Assembly: GCA_022703585.1 (NCBI GenBank)
Contig: JAKLDJ010000001.1
Location: forward strand, 440,695 to 504,694
Length of the DNA: 64,000 nucleotides
Direction: 5' to 3'
Source: Candidatus Omnitrophota bacterium
GTDB lineage: Bacteria > Omnitrophota > Gorgyraeia > Zapsychrales > JAKLDJ01
The notes below the pieces were generated by a model. It was not told the DNA's origin. It did no database searches and saw nothing but the letters and a program-made list of their open reading frames with translations. Every line of letters begins with the position of its first letter. Position 1 is the first letter of the stretch. Of this stretch, positions 1 to 9,215 are shown one piece after another. Position numbers and translations under genes: made by a program.

Positions 1-539
1 TGCTTGTGGTCAATCGATGTTTTTAAAAGCAGGTTGTGGTGCCCGATAATCCCGTCCATGATAGTATGGATATCGTGGCTAACCTGCATCAAAAATACGG
101 TCTTTTCCGTATTCGATTTGTCCGACGCCTCCTTGATCCTTTTAAGGCTATTGACCTCTTGTTCTTCCTGCTTGCGCTCTACCCCGCGGTCGATGGCATT
201 TAATAAATCGTTTTTCTTGATCGGCTTTATAAGGTAATCAAAGGCGCCGGCCCGGAAACAGCGGATGGCGGATTCCGTCGATGGGTACGCCGTAATCATA
301 ATAATGGCCGTATCCTGAGCGACCTCCTGGATTTTATTGATCAGCTCGATACCGGTTGTCTCTTTTAAAACAATATCCATGAGGATCACGTTATAATGCC
401 GTTCTTTTAAATGCGCGAACGTCTCGCGTTCGTTCTCGGCGATATCAATCCGGTAGCCTTCCTTGTCCAGTAATTCCTTGAATCCGTCCAGTATGGTCGT
501 ATCGTCGTCGACAATTAGGATATTCGCTTCATACATCAT
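1..539 (-). CDS. Hybrid response-regulator/histidine-kinase, 5' portion only (N-terminal receiver domain, then the start of a HisKA H-box: VSHDIHTIMDGIIG). The 3' end runs off the window.
   Basis: Reverse-strand translation from the ATG at about 539 gives MMYEANILIVDDDTTILDGFKELL...IMDIVL...ITAYPS, a CheY-like receiver. An AGGAAAGG RBS lies upstream. No stop codon before the window edge. Confidence 0.6.
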   Translation of the reverse strand, partial: MMYEANILIVDDDTTILDGFKELLDKEGYRIDIAENERETFAHLKERHYNVILMDIVLKETTGIELINKIQEVAQDTAIIMITAYPSTESAIRCFRAGAFDYLIKPIKKNDLLNAIDRGVERKQEEQEVNSLKRIKEASDKSNTEKTVFLMQVSHDIHTIMDGIIGHHNLLLKTSIDHK

Positions 540-564
540 CCACCCGCCTTTCCTTTCGTGCCAA

Positions 565-3500
565 CTAAATCGGCAAAACCACGGTGAAAATACTGCCCTT
601 GCCGACCTCACTTTTTACTTTTATGGAGCCATTGTGTTCCTTGATAATACCCTGAGAGACAAAAAGTCCCAAGCCCGTCCCTGAATCGGTCTTGGTGGTA
701 AAAAAGGGCTGAAAGAGGTGGTCCATATCCTCCGGCCGGATTCCCTCGCCGGTGTCGGAAACTTGGACGCTGATCCATTCTTCGCCGCAGGAGGTGGTAA
801 TCGTAATCTGCCCGTCTTTTTTGATGCTGTCCTGGGAATTTAAAACAAGGTTTAAGAAAACCTGGTGGAGCTGCTGACGCCAGCCTTCAATGCGGGGGAT
901 GCCCTGGGCGAGATTTAATTTTAGCCGTATATTTCTTAAACCCAGCTGATGCTCTACCAGCGACTCGACCCGCTTGATAATTTCATTAATATCGACCTGG
1001 GTCTTCCCCTCGTCGGTGCCCCGGTAGGTATCCAGAAGCTTCATGACAATATCCTTGATCTTTTCGATATTGTTCTTAACAAATTCGTAATTTTTCATCT
1101 TTTCGAAATGCACCGGCAGGCTGTCGTGCATAATCTCCAGATGGGTCATAATTCCCTGCAGGGGATTGTTGATCTCATGGGCGATACTCGCTGCCAGGCG
1201 GCCCGTCGCTGCTAACCGTTCGGAATGCCGCAGCTCACGGGTACGCTCTTCGACTAATTCCTCGAGATGTTTGCGGTAATCGTCGAGTTCTTCTTCGACC
1301 TTTTTGCGCTCGGTGACGTCCTGCTCGACCGCCAGAAAGTGAACAATTTCATTTTTCTCATTTTTGATTGATGAAATACCCACCTGAGCCCAAAAGATTT
1401 CTCCGTCTTTCTTTTTGTTGGGAAATTCCCCCCTCCAAACGTTCCCGGAAATAATCGTTTCCCACATTTGTTGATACAGCAATTTCGGGGTTTCGTTCGA
1501 CTTGAGCAGGCGCGGATTTTTCCCAAAGACCTCATCCAGGCTGTAGCCGGTAATTTGAGCAAACCGGGGATTGACATACTCGATATTGCCTTTCGTATCG
1601 GTAATAATCACAATGCTGGGGCTTTGTTCAATAGCATGCGACAGCGTCTTGAGACTCTCCTCTTTTTCTTTGAGCTCCGTGATATCGGAAGAAACGCCTA
1701 AAACCGCCGGCGCGTTAGTGCCCAAAATCCTAAACGGGATTTTAGTTGTCTGCAGGATATGGACTTTCCCGGCAGAATCGGTAATAATTTCTTCCGGGAC
1801 AAATTTACGTTTGCCGCTTTCGATGACCTCCATGTCATCCTTTCGGAAATGGTGGACTTCCTCTTCGCTTTTTGCAAAATCGGAGTCCTTTTTCCCCAAA
1901 AGTTCCTCGACCGTCGTCCCGTAGGTATCGGCCACGGCTTTATTCACGATGACAAAATGCCCTTCGATATCTTTGGCAAAGACAAAATTGGGTGTCAGGT
2001 CAATAACCTGACGCAGCTTGGCTTCGTTGGCGCGCAAGACTTCATCCGTGCGTTTGCGTTCCATGGCATTAACAAAGATTCCCCCGACGATCTTAAGCAG
2101 AACGACAGTATCCTGCGACCATTCTTTTGGGCCGCGCACCGAATCAAATCCCAGAAATCCCATCAGTGACCCGGCGTAAACCATGGGGACAACGATAAGC
2201 GACTGCACATCCTGATCCTGAAAGAATTTCTTCTCATTGGCATATTGGGGGGGAATAGCAGAAACTTCTGGAACATAAAAGGTCTCTTGCTTTCTTATCT
2301 GTTGTTCGAATAAGGGAAATTGACGGACATCAATATCCTGCAGGATCTGTTCGGACGACACAACGCCCTGTCTGCACCATTCGTGCGTATTGACCATGAT
2401 CTTCTGATCATCTTTAAAAATAAAAATATAACTGCGATCCACTCCGGCAAATTCTCCAATAGCCCCCAGGGCATAATTGATCTCCTCGTCCATCTTTTCC
2501 GAGGACACATTAATAAAGCGGGATGAAACGTTGGTGAGCAGTTTCTCGAATTCGGCCTTGACCCGCAAAGCCTCTTCGGCTTTTTTTCGCTCGGTGATAT
2601 CGGTAATAATAGTCACGACCCGGACGGTCTTTCGGTTTTCCAGGATGGGGACTTTGCGTGTTTCGGTAACAAATTCCCTTCCTTTAACGATGTTGGTTTC
2701 TTCGGTCACAATCGCCTTGCCGGTTTCAAAGGTGCTGTGATATTGCTTGAGCACCTCATCTTTCAGGAACGGAAATACCTCAAAAACTTTTTTGCCCAAC
2801 GGATCTTTTTGCCCGCCGTAAGCCTGGCACCAGGTTGCGCAGGATTGGTTCATTAAAATAAGCTTCAGGTTTTCGTCTACCACGTGAATCGCGTCATCCA
2901 TTGCATCAATCGTGGAGCGATACCGGGATTCGCTTTCGCGCAAGGCCTCTTCCGTACGTTTTCGTTCGGTGATATTCTCAACCAAACCGTCATAACGGAT
3001 AATCCTGCCCTTTTCATCACGGTAAGGGACATGGGTGTTGCGTATCCATATGATTTCTCCGTCCCGGCGGATAATGCGGTGTTCGATGGGAAAAACTTCT
3101 TCGCCGGCCAGGAGCCGGTCAATGGACTTTTCGACCAGCTTGCGGTCATCGGGATAAATCATCTCGTGCCAGAGGTTAACCCTGCGGGCATAATCTTCCG
3201 GGCTATAGCCGGTAACCGCCAGGCATTCCTCGCTGTGGCGGGTCGATACCGCCCGGCCGGCCGAGACCTCGACCGAATACGTGTACAGGGTTACCGCATC
3301 GACCATTCTGCGGTAGCGCTCTTCGCTTTTTTTAAGCGCTTCTTCCCCTCTTACACGCGCGGTAACATCCTCATAAACCGCGACTATTTCGCCGGAGGGC
3401 AATTTGTAAACGTAATTTTCTCTCCACCCGGAAATCCTGTTGTCTTTATATAAAGCGGAAGGATGATTCGCGGGTTTACCCGTCTGCCAAACTTGTTTCA

Positions 3501-5697
3501 GGGTAACCAGAAGGCCGAATTCCTCCACGCCGGGAAACACCTCGCGAATACTTCTGCCGATAATATCCTCTTTTTTGACACTCTCCGTACGTTCAGCGGC
3601 TTTATTAAAATCCCTGATAATAAAATCGTTACCGTTCTCCTTTGCCTCGTAAACGGCAACGCAGCTGCTGATATTGTCAATTAATGTCTTGTGCCTGGCC
3701 TCACTCTCTCGCAGCGTCTCTTCTATCTTTTTACGCTCGGTAACATCACGGAAGGTCCCTTGCATAATCTTTCTTGCGCCCATATCAATAACAGCGGCGG
3801 CTATTGAGACTGTTTTTATTCTTCCCGACTTTGTAATAATCGGCACTTCGACCGGAGGCTCTTTGCCGGTGGCCTGTTTTTTAAATGCCTCTTTAACCGG
3901 GGCGCGGCTTTCGGGAGGATGCAGCATTTCCTGGTGCCGGCCGATAATCTCGTGCCTGGGTCTTTCAAACAGGTTCTCCGCTGCCCGATTACAATCAATG
4001 AGGGTTCCGGTGGTTATATCCGCCCAGACCAGGGCATCTGCCGCGTTTTCAAAAACAAGCCTGAATTTTAATTCACTCTCGGTGAGCGCTTCTTCCGCTT
4101 TTTTGCGCGCGGAGACATCCCTCCAGCCGGCCACAATACCCGTCGGCTGCCTGTTCCCATCGGTAACTAACCGCCCGGTGGCTTCGATCCACAGGTAATG
4201 CCCTTCGATATGCCGGGCCCGAAAAAGAGATGTTCCCTTTCCTTCTGCTATGATTTTTTTAAAAGTATTTTTTACGTTCTCGAGGTCTTCGGGGTGAATA
4301 AAAGGAAAAAGGTCTGTCCCTACCATCGCTTGAGGGTCGTAACCTAAAACGGACTTCATCGACGGGCTGTGGTAAACAATTTTTCCGTTTAAATCCAGCT
4401 CGGTAATCAATTCCAGGGTATTATCCGTAATCCGGCGCAGGCGTTTCTCTGAAATCTTAATCGCCTCATCCTGGCGGTAGCGTTCCTCCTCGACGCCGAT
4501 GGCGGAAGCAATAATCCCTATGGTCCGGGCATCAATTTCCTGAGGAGAAAAATCTTTTTGGTAAAGAACGCACAGGGAGCCGACATTCTTACCTGAAAAT
4601 TTGACCGCCTTGCCGACATAGGTTTGCAGCTTATAGCGGCTGACATTAGGATCCGTCTTGGCATAGATGCTGTGCATCAAATCGCGAATCACAACCAGGC
4701 CTTCTTTTTTGCTTTTGATGACATCATAACAGATATGTCCCTGCGGCCTGTCTTCGGGGACATAGTCTTTCGGGGCATTCCATTGCCCCAAAGAACACAG
4801 GGTATCGTTCTTTAGATGGTTATACAGCGCGCAGGTGGCATTGAGCATCTTGCCGCAGGAGGCGACCAGCCGGTTGATATTCTCAATCGGGTCCGGGCCG
4901 AAATTCAGGAAACACTCATTGATTTTTTCCAGGCGTTCTGCCAGCCGTTCGGGCCGGGAGATATCCCTGACAACAGCGATAACTTCCTCTTTCATTAAGG
5001 GAAGCAGGCGCGCTTCGAACTTTTTCTTCTCGCCGGAAACTGTTAAGAAATACTCAAAGCCAACGGGTGATTTTGTCTTTAAAACCCTGTGCAAGGCCTT
5101 TTTAAAAACACGGCCGACATGGGCAGGCAGGACATCCTGCATTTTTCTGTTTAAGAATTCTTCCGGCGGGACATACAGATCGTCTTCGCGGCCCGCCCCA
5201 TAGGCAAGAATGGCCCCGTCTTTAGACATGCGGAAAAAGAGGTCGGGGAATGCCTTAAAAATAGATTGCAACTCGAGGCCGGCAAGCGCCAATTCTTCCC
5301 GCATTTTTTTATACTTGAGATTAGCGCGTACAATACGTGCGAGAAGTTTTGCGTCAATTTCTTCTTTGAAAAGATAATCCTGCGCGCCGCGTTTTAATAC
5401 CTGGGGCCAGGTTTTAAAACGGACGCTGAGGATGGCCACCAGGGGGATATCGGCAGCCTGGGCATGAATGCGCGTCGTCGTATTTAACCCCTGGCTGTCC
5501 GGCAACTCGAGGCCGGCAAAGATTATGTCGACTTTTCCCCGACGGAGAAAACCAAGGCCGTGCTGGAGAGTGCGGACACATTTTACGGAAATCGAATATT
5601 CTTTTTGGGAGGTAAAGGCTTTGCGCAGCAGGCGAATTTCTTGGGCATCCGCATCAATCAATAAAATCTTTGCCCGCTGAAGAATGGTTTTCTCCAT
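565..5697 (-). CDS. Giant (1710 aa) hybrid sensor histidine kinase: N-terminal receiver domain, about 9 tandem PAS/PAC domains with a GAF-like segment, C-terminal HisKA plus HATPase_c.
   Basis: ORF-track protein. N-terminal receiver (KILLIDADAQEIRLL...DIIFAGLELPDSQG). Repeated PAS hallmarks (multiple ...ITERKKAEEAL/ERKRTEEAL linkers). H-box HSERLAATGRLAASIAHEINNPL. G-boxes DTGEGI...GTGLGLFVSQGII. Confidence 0.85.
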   Translation of the reverse strand: MEKTILQRAKILLIDADAQEIRLLRKAFTSQKEYSISVKCVRTLQHGLGFLRRGKVDIIFAGLELPDSQGLNTTTRIHAQAADIPLVAILSVRFKTWPQVLKRGAQDYLFKEEIDAKLLARIVRANLKYKKMREELALAGLELQSIFKAFPDLFFRMSKDGAILAYGAGREDDLYVPPEEFLNRKMQDVLPAHVGRVFKKALHRVLKTKSPVGFEYFLTVSGEKKKFEARLLPLMKEEVIAVVRDISRPERLAERLEKINECFLNFGPDPIENINRLVASCGKMLNATCALYNHLKNDTLCSLGQWNAPKDYVPEDRPQGHICYDVIKSKKEGLVVIRDLMHSIYAKTDPNVSRYKLQTYVGKAVKFSGKNVGSLCVLYQKDFSPQEIDARTIGIIASAIGVEEERYRQDEAIKISEKRLRRITDNTLELITELDLNGKIVYHSPSMKSVLGYDPQAMVGTDLFPFIHPEDLENVKNTFKKIIAEGKGTSLFRARHIEGHYLWIEATGRLVTDGNRQPTGIVAGWRDVSARKKAEEALTESELKFRLVFENAADALVWADITTGTLIDCNRAAENLFERPRHEIIGRHQEMLHPPESRAPVKEAFKKQATGKEPPVEVPIITKSGRIKTVSIAAAVIDMGARKIMQGTFRDVTERKKIEETLRESEARHKTLIDNISSCVAVYEAKENGNDFIIRDFNKAAERTESVKKEDIIGRSIREVFPGVEEFGLLVTLKQVWQTGKPANHPSALYKDNRISGWRENYVYKLPSGEIVAVYEDVTARVRGEEALKKSEERYRRMVDAVTLYTYSVEVSAGRAVSTRHSEECLAVTGYSPEDYARRVNLWHEMIYPDDRKLVEKSIDRLLAGEEVFPIEHRIIRRDGEIIWIRNTHVPYRDEKGRIIRYDGLVENITERKRTEEALRESESRYRSTIDAMDDAIHVVDENLKLILMNQSCATWCQAYGGQKDPLGKKVFEVFPFLKDEVLKQYHSTFETGKAIVTEETNIVKGREFVTETRKVPILENRKTVRVVTIITDITERKKAEEALRVKAEFEKLLTNVSSRFINVSSEKMDEEINYALGAIGEFAGVDRSYIFIFKDDQKIMVNTHEWCRQGVVSSEQILQDIDVRQFPLFEQQIRKQETFYVPEVSAIPPQYANEKKFFQDQDVQSLIVVPMVYAGSLMGFLGFDSVRGPKEWSQDTVVLLKIVGGIFVNAMERKRTDEVLRANEAKLRQVIDLTPNFVFAKDIEGHFVIVNKAVADTYGTTVEELLGKKDSDFAKSEEEVHHFRKDDMEVIESGKRKFVPEEIITDSAGKVHILQTTKIPFRILGTNAPAVLGVSSDITELKEKEESLKTLSHAIEQSPSIVIITDTKGNIEYVNPRFAQITGYSLDEVFGKNPRLLKSNETPKLLYQQMWETIISGNVWRGEFPNKKKDGEIFWAQVGISSIKNEKNEIVHFLAVEQDVTERKKVEEELDDYRKHLEELVEERTRELRHSERLAATGRLAASIAHEINNPLQGIMTHLEIMHDSLPVHFEKMKNYEFVKNNIEKIKDIVMKLLDTYRGTDEGKTQVDINEIIKRVESLVEHQLGLRNIRLKLNLAQGIPRIEGWRQQLHQVFLNLVLNSQDSIKKDGQITITTSCGEEWISVQVSDTGEGIRPEDMDHLFQPFFTTKTDSGTGLGLFVSQGIIKEHNGSIKVKSEVGKGSIFTVVLPI

Positions 5698-5718
5698 AAT
5701 TAAACGGCCTTTTGCAGT

Positions 5719-6090
5719 TTAGGCTGCCAGGAGATCATTAATCTCTTTAAGCAGTTTCTTTTTAGCGGCTGGTTTTGCCAGGCATCGTTCCGCGCCAAGC
5801 TTAGTAACTTTCTCGCAATTAGCCTTTGAGGGATATCCGGTTAACACCAAGATTTTTATGTTTTTCAAAAGAGGGTTGGCCTTGATCAGCCTGCAGGCGC
5901 TGAAACCGTCCAAGCCCCTCATTTTTAAATCCAAGATGATAACGTCGGGAGTTTTTTGGATAGCCAGCACCCCGGCCTCAAAACCGTCTTTGGCCGTGTC
6001 TGCCTTAAAACCGCTTGCCTCCAGCATTTCTTTTAAACCAACCCGCACCGATTCATCATCGTCGACGATAAGGATTCTTTTGGGCGCCAT
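5719..6090 (-). CDS. Single-domain CheY-like response regulator (receiver only).
   Basis: 123 aa: KRILIVDDDESVRVGLKEML...DVIILDLKMRGLDGF...KILVLTGYP. AAGGTGA RBS upstream of the ATG. Confidence 0.85.
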   Translation of the reverse strand: MAPKRILIVDDDESVRVGLKEMLEASGFKADTAKDGFEAGVLAIQKTPDVIILDLKMRGLDGFSACRLIKANPLLKNIKILVLTGYPSKANCEKVTKLGAERCLAKPAAKKKLLKEINDLLAA

Positions 6091-6113
6091 AAATTCACCT
6101 TTAAATCCTTTCT

Positions 6114-6674
6114 TTAAAGTTCCGGGTTTTTTGCCGCGCCGGGGGCAGAGAGTGTCCGGCTATGAATAAGTTCTTCCAGTTGTTTCACCGCCGCCGAATC
6201 AATCCCGCGCTCGACAGGCGCAGATTCAACAAGAGAAACTGTTGTGCGCTCGGCTTCTTTCAAGAGTTCCTGCAATATCATTACGACTTCTTGTTTTGCA
6301 AAAGTATCGGAAGGTTTCGCTAAAACCGTATCAATGGCCGATGCGACACTCTTGCGCAAAATATGCCCGCCGGATGGAGAAGCAGCGACGGGCGAGACGT
6401 TTCCTGATTTTTCCTTGATGCTATCCGATTGGTTACTGCGAACCGTTATTGTTTTGACAATATCTTTCCGGGGGGCATTCGCATCGACAGTGGAAAGAAT
6501 GCTCTTGAGGTTGTCCAGCGGTGCCTTGTCAGAATTTTTCTGAAGGCCTTGAGACGTAGGCGGATCATCGGCCGGCGAATTTTCTCGGCCTGCCATCTTT
6601 TTAACTAAGTCATCGATTTTTATAGGAAGGGCTTCTTGAGAGGACTCGGGGATAGGGCTTTTATTTTCTTCCAT
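6114..6674 (-). CDS. Hypothetical low-complexity Ser/Pro/Ala-rich protein. Start probably at the second ATG.
   Basis: ORF-track 188-aa ORF with no recognisable domain. AAGGA RBS at correct spacing for the second Met. Directly downstream of the response regulator on the same strand. Confidence 0.4.
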   Translation of the reverse strand: MEENKSPIPESSQEALPIKIDDLVKKMAGRENSPADDPPTSQGLQKNSDKAPLDNLKSILSTVDANAPRKDIVKTITVRSNQSDSIKEKSGNVSPVAASPSGGHILRKSVASAIDTVLAKPSDTFAKQEVVMILQELLKEAERTTVSLVESAPVERGIDSAAVKQLEELIHSRTLSAPGAAKNPEL

Positions 6675-6860
6675 GAGCATTCCTTAACAGATTGGCTGTA
6701 ATCAACTTAAGGAGCTAACGTAGTATAAGTGTAGCATATTTTAGACATTCAATAACAGAATCTATCCTCTACCGGATAAATATTGTATCCCTAATCATAA
6801 ATCCACACAAGATAAAAGTGTTCACGGCCGGCGGTTCGAGAAAATTTAGTTAGCGGGCCC

Positions 6861-6889
6861 TTGACAAACATTCCCTTTTGTTCCATAAT
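6861..6889 (+). promoter_or_regulatory. Near-consensus sigma70-type promoter (TTGACA, 17-bp spacer, CATAAT) with no downstream CDS.
   Basis: cttgacaaacattcccttttgttccataataag read directly. 17-bp spacer. Confidence 0.4.
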
Positions 6890-6930
6890 AAGATTATCGA
6901 TGAGGGTTAGGTTTCTACCTACTCTACGCC

Positions 6931-6960
6931 CAGATAAAAAGCTGGGCGTCTTTTTTTGTA
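6931..6960 (+). terminator. Intrinsic terminator (7-bp GC stem plus U-tract) on the + strand.
   Basis: cgcccag-ataaaaag-ctgggcg followed by tcttttttt. Functional only when read on the + strand. Confidence 0.5.
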
Positions 6961-7074
6961 CCCTTCTTATCCGTAAAATCGATAGAGTCTTAAATATTTG
7001 GAGATAAACGACTTGTGAGACTTTTATCTTGAAGAGTTCCGCCTCGACAGGTAAGAAATCTTTCTTGCTGCAGC

Positions 7075-8055
7075 CTAAACCAATCCCTTAATCGCATCAC
7101 GCTCTTCCAAGAGTTCTTTCAATGTAAGCGCAATTTTTTCCTGCCCAAAACTATCATGTTTAATATTTTGAACAATCTCCCAGTCTCGGCCGTTAGAACG
7201 CAAGGGAAAACCAAACATCAGCCCCTCGGGAACACCGTAACTTCCGTCTGAGGAAACTGCCGTCGAAAAGAAATCCTTGCCCACAGTGGGGGTATTGAGA
7301 TTCCTGACAGTATCGATAATGGCGTTAGCGGCCGAAGCCGCCGAAGAAAGTCCGCGCGCCTTAATAACGGCAGCACCGCGCTGCTGGACAGTTTCGATAA
7401 AGATTGTCTTAAGCCAAACATGGTCGGCGATGGCTTCGGGAACTAATTTTCCTTTAATAGTGGCATGAAGAAAATCCGGAAACTGGGTAGCCGAATGATT
7501 TCCCCAGATAGCCAAATTTCTGACATCGACCACGTCCACCCCGGCCTTTTGAGCCAGTTGTGCGGCCGCTCGGTTTTGATCCAGCATGGTCATGGCAAAG
7601 AAATTCTTTTGCGGAATATTCCTACAAACGGCTTTTGCAATATAGGCATTGGTATTGCAGGGATTCCCGACGACCAAAACTTTACAATCCGGCTTTGCAT
7701 TTTCATCCAGGGCCTTACCCTGCTGGATAAAAATCCCGCCGTTTATTTTAAGAAGCTCGTTGCGCTCCATGCCGGCTTTGCGGGGGACGCTTCCTACCAA
7801 CAACGCCCAGTCAGCGTCTTTAAAAGCAGCCTTTGCGTCGGCGGTCGTTGTCACCGATTCAAGAAGGGGAAAGGCGCAGTCCTCGAGTTCCATTTTAACG
7901 CCGGCCAGCGCCGGCAAGGCCGCTTCTAATTCCAAAAGATTAAGATGAACGCGCGTCTGGGAGCCAAACATCCCGCCGGCGGCGATTCTAAAAACAAGGG
8001 CGTAACCGATTTGGCCGGCAGCGCCGGTAACAGCGACTCGAACGGCTTTATTCAT
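7075..8055 (-). CDS. mdh: NAD-dependent malate dehydrogenase (LDH/MDH superfamily, cytosolic MDH type).
   Basis: [19 protein letters not shown] Rossmann motif, [10 protein letters not shown], catalytic IWGNHS. GGAGAG RBS. Confidence 0.9.
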   Translation of the reverse strand: MNKAVRVAVTGAAGQIGYALVFRIAAGGMFGSQTRVHLNLLELEAALPALAGVKMELEDCAFPLLESVTTTADAKAAFKDADWALLVGSVPRKAGMERNELLKINGGIFIQQGKALDENAKPDCKVLVVGNPCNTNAYIAKAVCRNIPQKNFFAMTMLDQNRAAAQLAQKAGVDVVDVRNLAIWGNHSATQFPDFLHATIKGKLVPEAIADHVWLKTIFIETVQQRGAAVIKARGLSSAASAANAIIDTVRNLNTPTVGKDFFSTAVSSDGSYGVPEGLMFGFPLRSNGRDWEIVQNIKHDSFGQEKIALTLKELLEERDAIKGLV

Positions 8056-8081
8056 TGAATATTCTCTCCGATCAATATTTC

Positions 8082-8663
8082 TTAGGAAATTTTTTCCGCG
8101 ATTGCTTTAACTTCTTCCAGCATCATTTTACGTTCTTCCGGGGTATTCGAGGTAACGCCGGCAAAATATTTATGACCCAGTACCTGAACCCCGCAAAACT
8201 CGAAAATCCCGGTATCGCTGGTTTGGTTCATGCTCTTAAACATCCCTGTGGATTCGTAAATAGCAGCGGGTGTACCGGTTGTATTCAAGATAAGGACTTT
8301 CTTCCCTTTAAGCAACCCCTTAACTCCGTCTTTGTCGACGACAAAAGCAAAGCCGTGGCTGAAGACCCGGTCAATATACCCTTTCACCCTCGCCGGAAGA
8401 CCGGTCCACCAGACAGGAAAGATAAACGTCATCACTTCCGCCCATTTTATTTCGTTTTGCTCGGCCTGGACGTCGGCGGCTGCGCGGCCTTTTTGCAGAA
8501 GCTCAAAGTCACTCGCCTTTAAAACGGGATCAAAATTATGCATGTATAAATCGCGGATGTGTACTTCGTGCTTCTTGTTTTTCAATGCAGCCACAAAGGC
8601 CTCTTTAATGGCATGATTGAAACTTTTCGGATTCGGATGGCAATAAATAACCAGATGTTTCAT
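8082..8663 (-). CDS. Flavodoxin-like-fold NAD(P)H dehydrogenase (quinone)/FMN-dependent reductase family protein.
   Basis: [18 protein letters not shown]... typical Flavodoxin_2 N-terminus. Start moved to the internal ATG preceded by GGAGG (the track's ORF begins 18 nt upstream). Confidence 0.7.
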   Translation of the reverse strand: MKHLVIYCHPNPKSFNHAIKEAFVAALKNKKHEVHIRDLYMHNFDPVLKASDFELLQKGRAAADVQAEQNEIKWAEVMTFIFPVWWTGLPARVKGYIDRVFSHGFAFVVDKDGVKGLLKGKKVLILNTTGTPAAIYESTGMFKSMNQTSDTGIFEFCGVQVLGHKYFAGVTSNTPEERKMMLEEVKAIAEKIS

Positions 8664-8815
8664 GCGGCACCTCCGTTGCACCCTGGCATAGCGTATGCGG
8701 TTCGGGCTCGATTTTAAAACACTGCCCGCCCCTTTTTCAAGATAATATCATATCATTTTTGGTTTTATTTGTGAAGAAATTCTGAAATCATCGTCGAGAA
8801 TGGGCCACCGGAATA

Positions 8816-9172
8816 TTACTTCGCACCAATAGCAAGCTTTTCTTTTTTATCCTTCGGCAATAGCTTGATGTCGCATTCGCGAATAAGGGCGTGGCTGCGG
8901 CTGGGCTGGGGCTCCCGGTAAACTAATGCCACCGGCCGGTGCATGCGCGTATAGCGGGAGGCAGTGCCGGCATTGTGCATCTTAAGGCGCCGCTCTAAAT
9001 TGTTTGTGATCCCCGTATACAGCGAGCCGTCGGAACATCGCAAGATATAGACAAACCACCGCTCGCTTGAGATTGCTTTCCCTTTGCTCTTTCGGGATTT
9101 TGAGGATTTCTTGCGGGAAGATTTTTCTTTTTTCCGCAAGCAATCAATCATGCGTTTGTATTTTGGATTCAT
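8816..9172 (-). CDS. GIY-YIG nuclease superfamily protein with a Lys/Ser-rich N-terminal tail.
   Basis: WFVYILRCSDGSLYTGITNNLERRLKMHN = GIY-YIG motif. Confidence 0.7.
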   Translation of the reverse strand: MNPKYKRMIDCLRKKEKSSRKKSSKSRKSKGKAISSERWFVYILRCSDGSLYTGITNNLERRLKMHNAGTASRYTRMHRPVALVYREPQPSRSHALIRECDIKLLPKDKKEKLAIGAK

Positions 9173-9215
9173 AGAAAGCGGCGATCGTTGAAAAGCAAAA
9201 ATCCGGTGCGTGCTT

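Noticed and set aside
2884-4198. Several 170-190-aa + strand ORFs (2884..3453, 3674..4198)
   Set aside because: Antisense to the 1710-aa histidine-kinase gene. No RBS or domain support.
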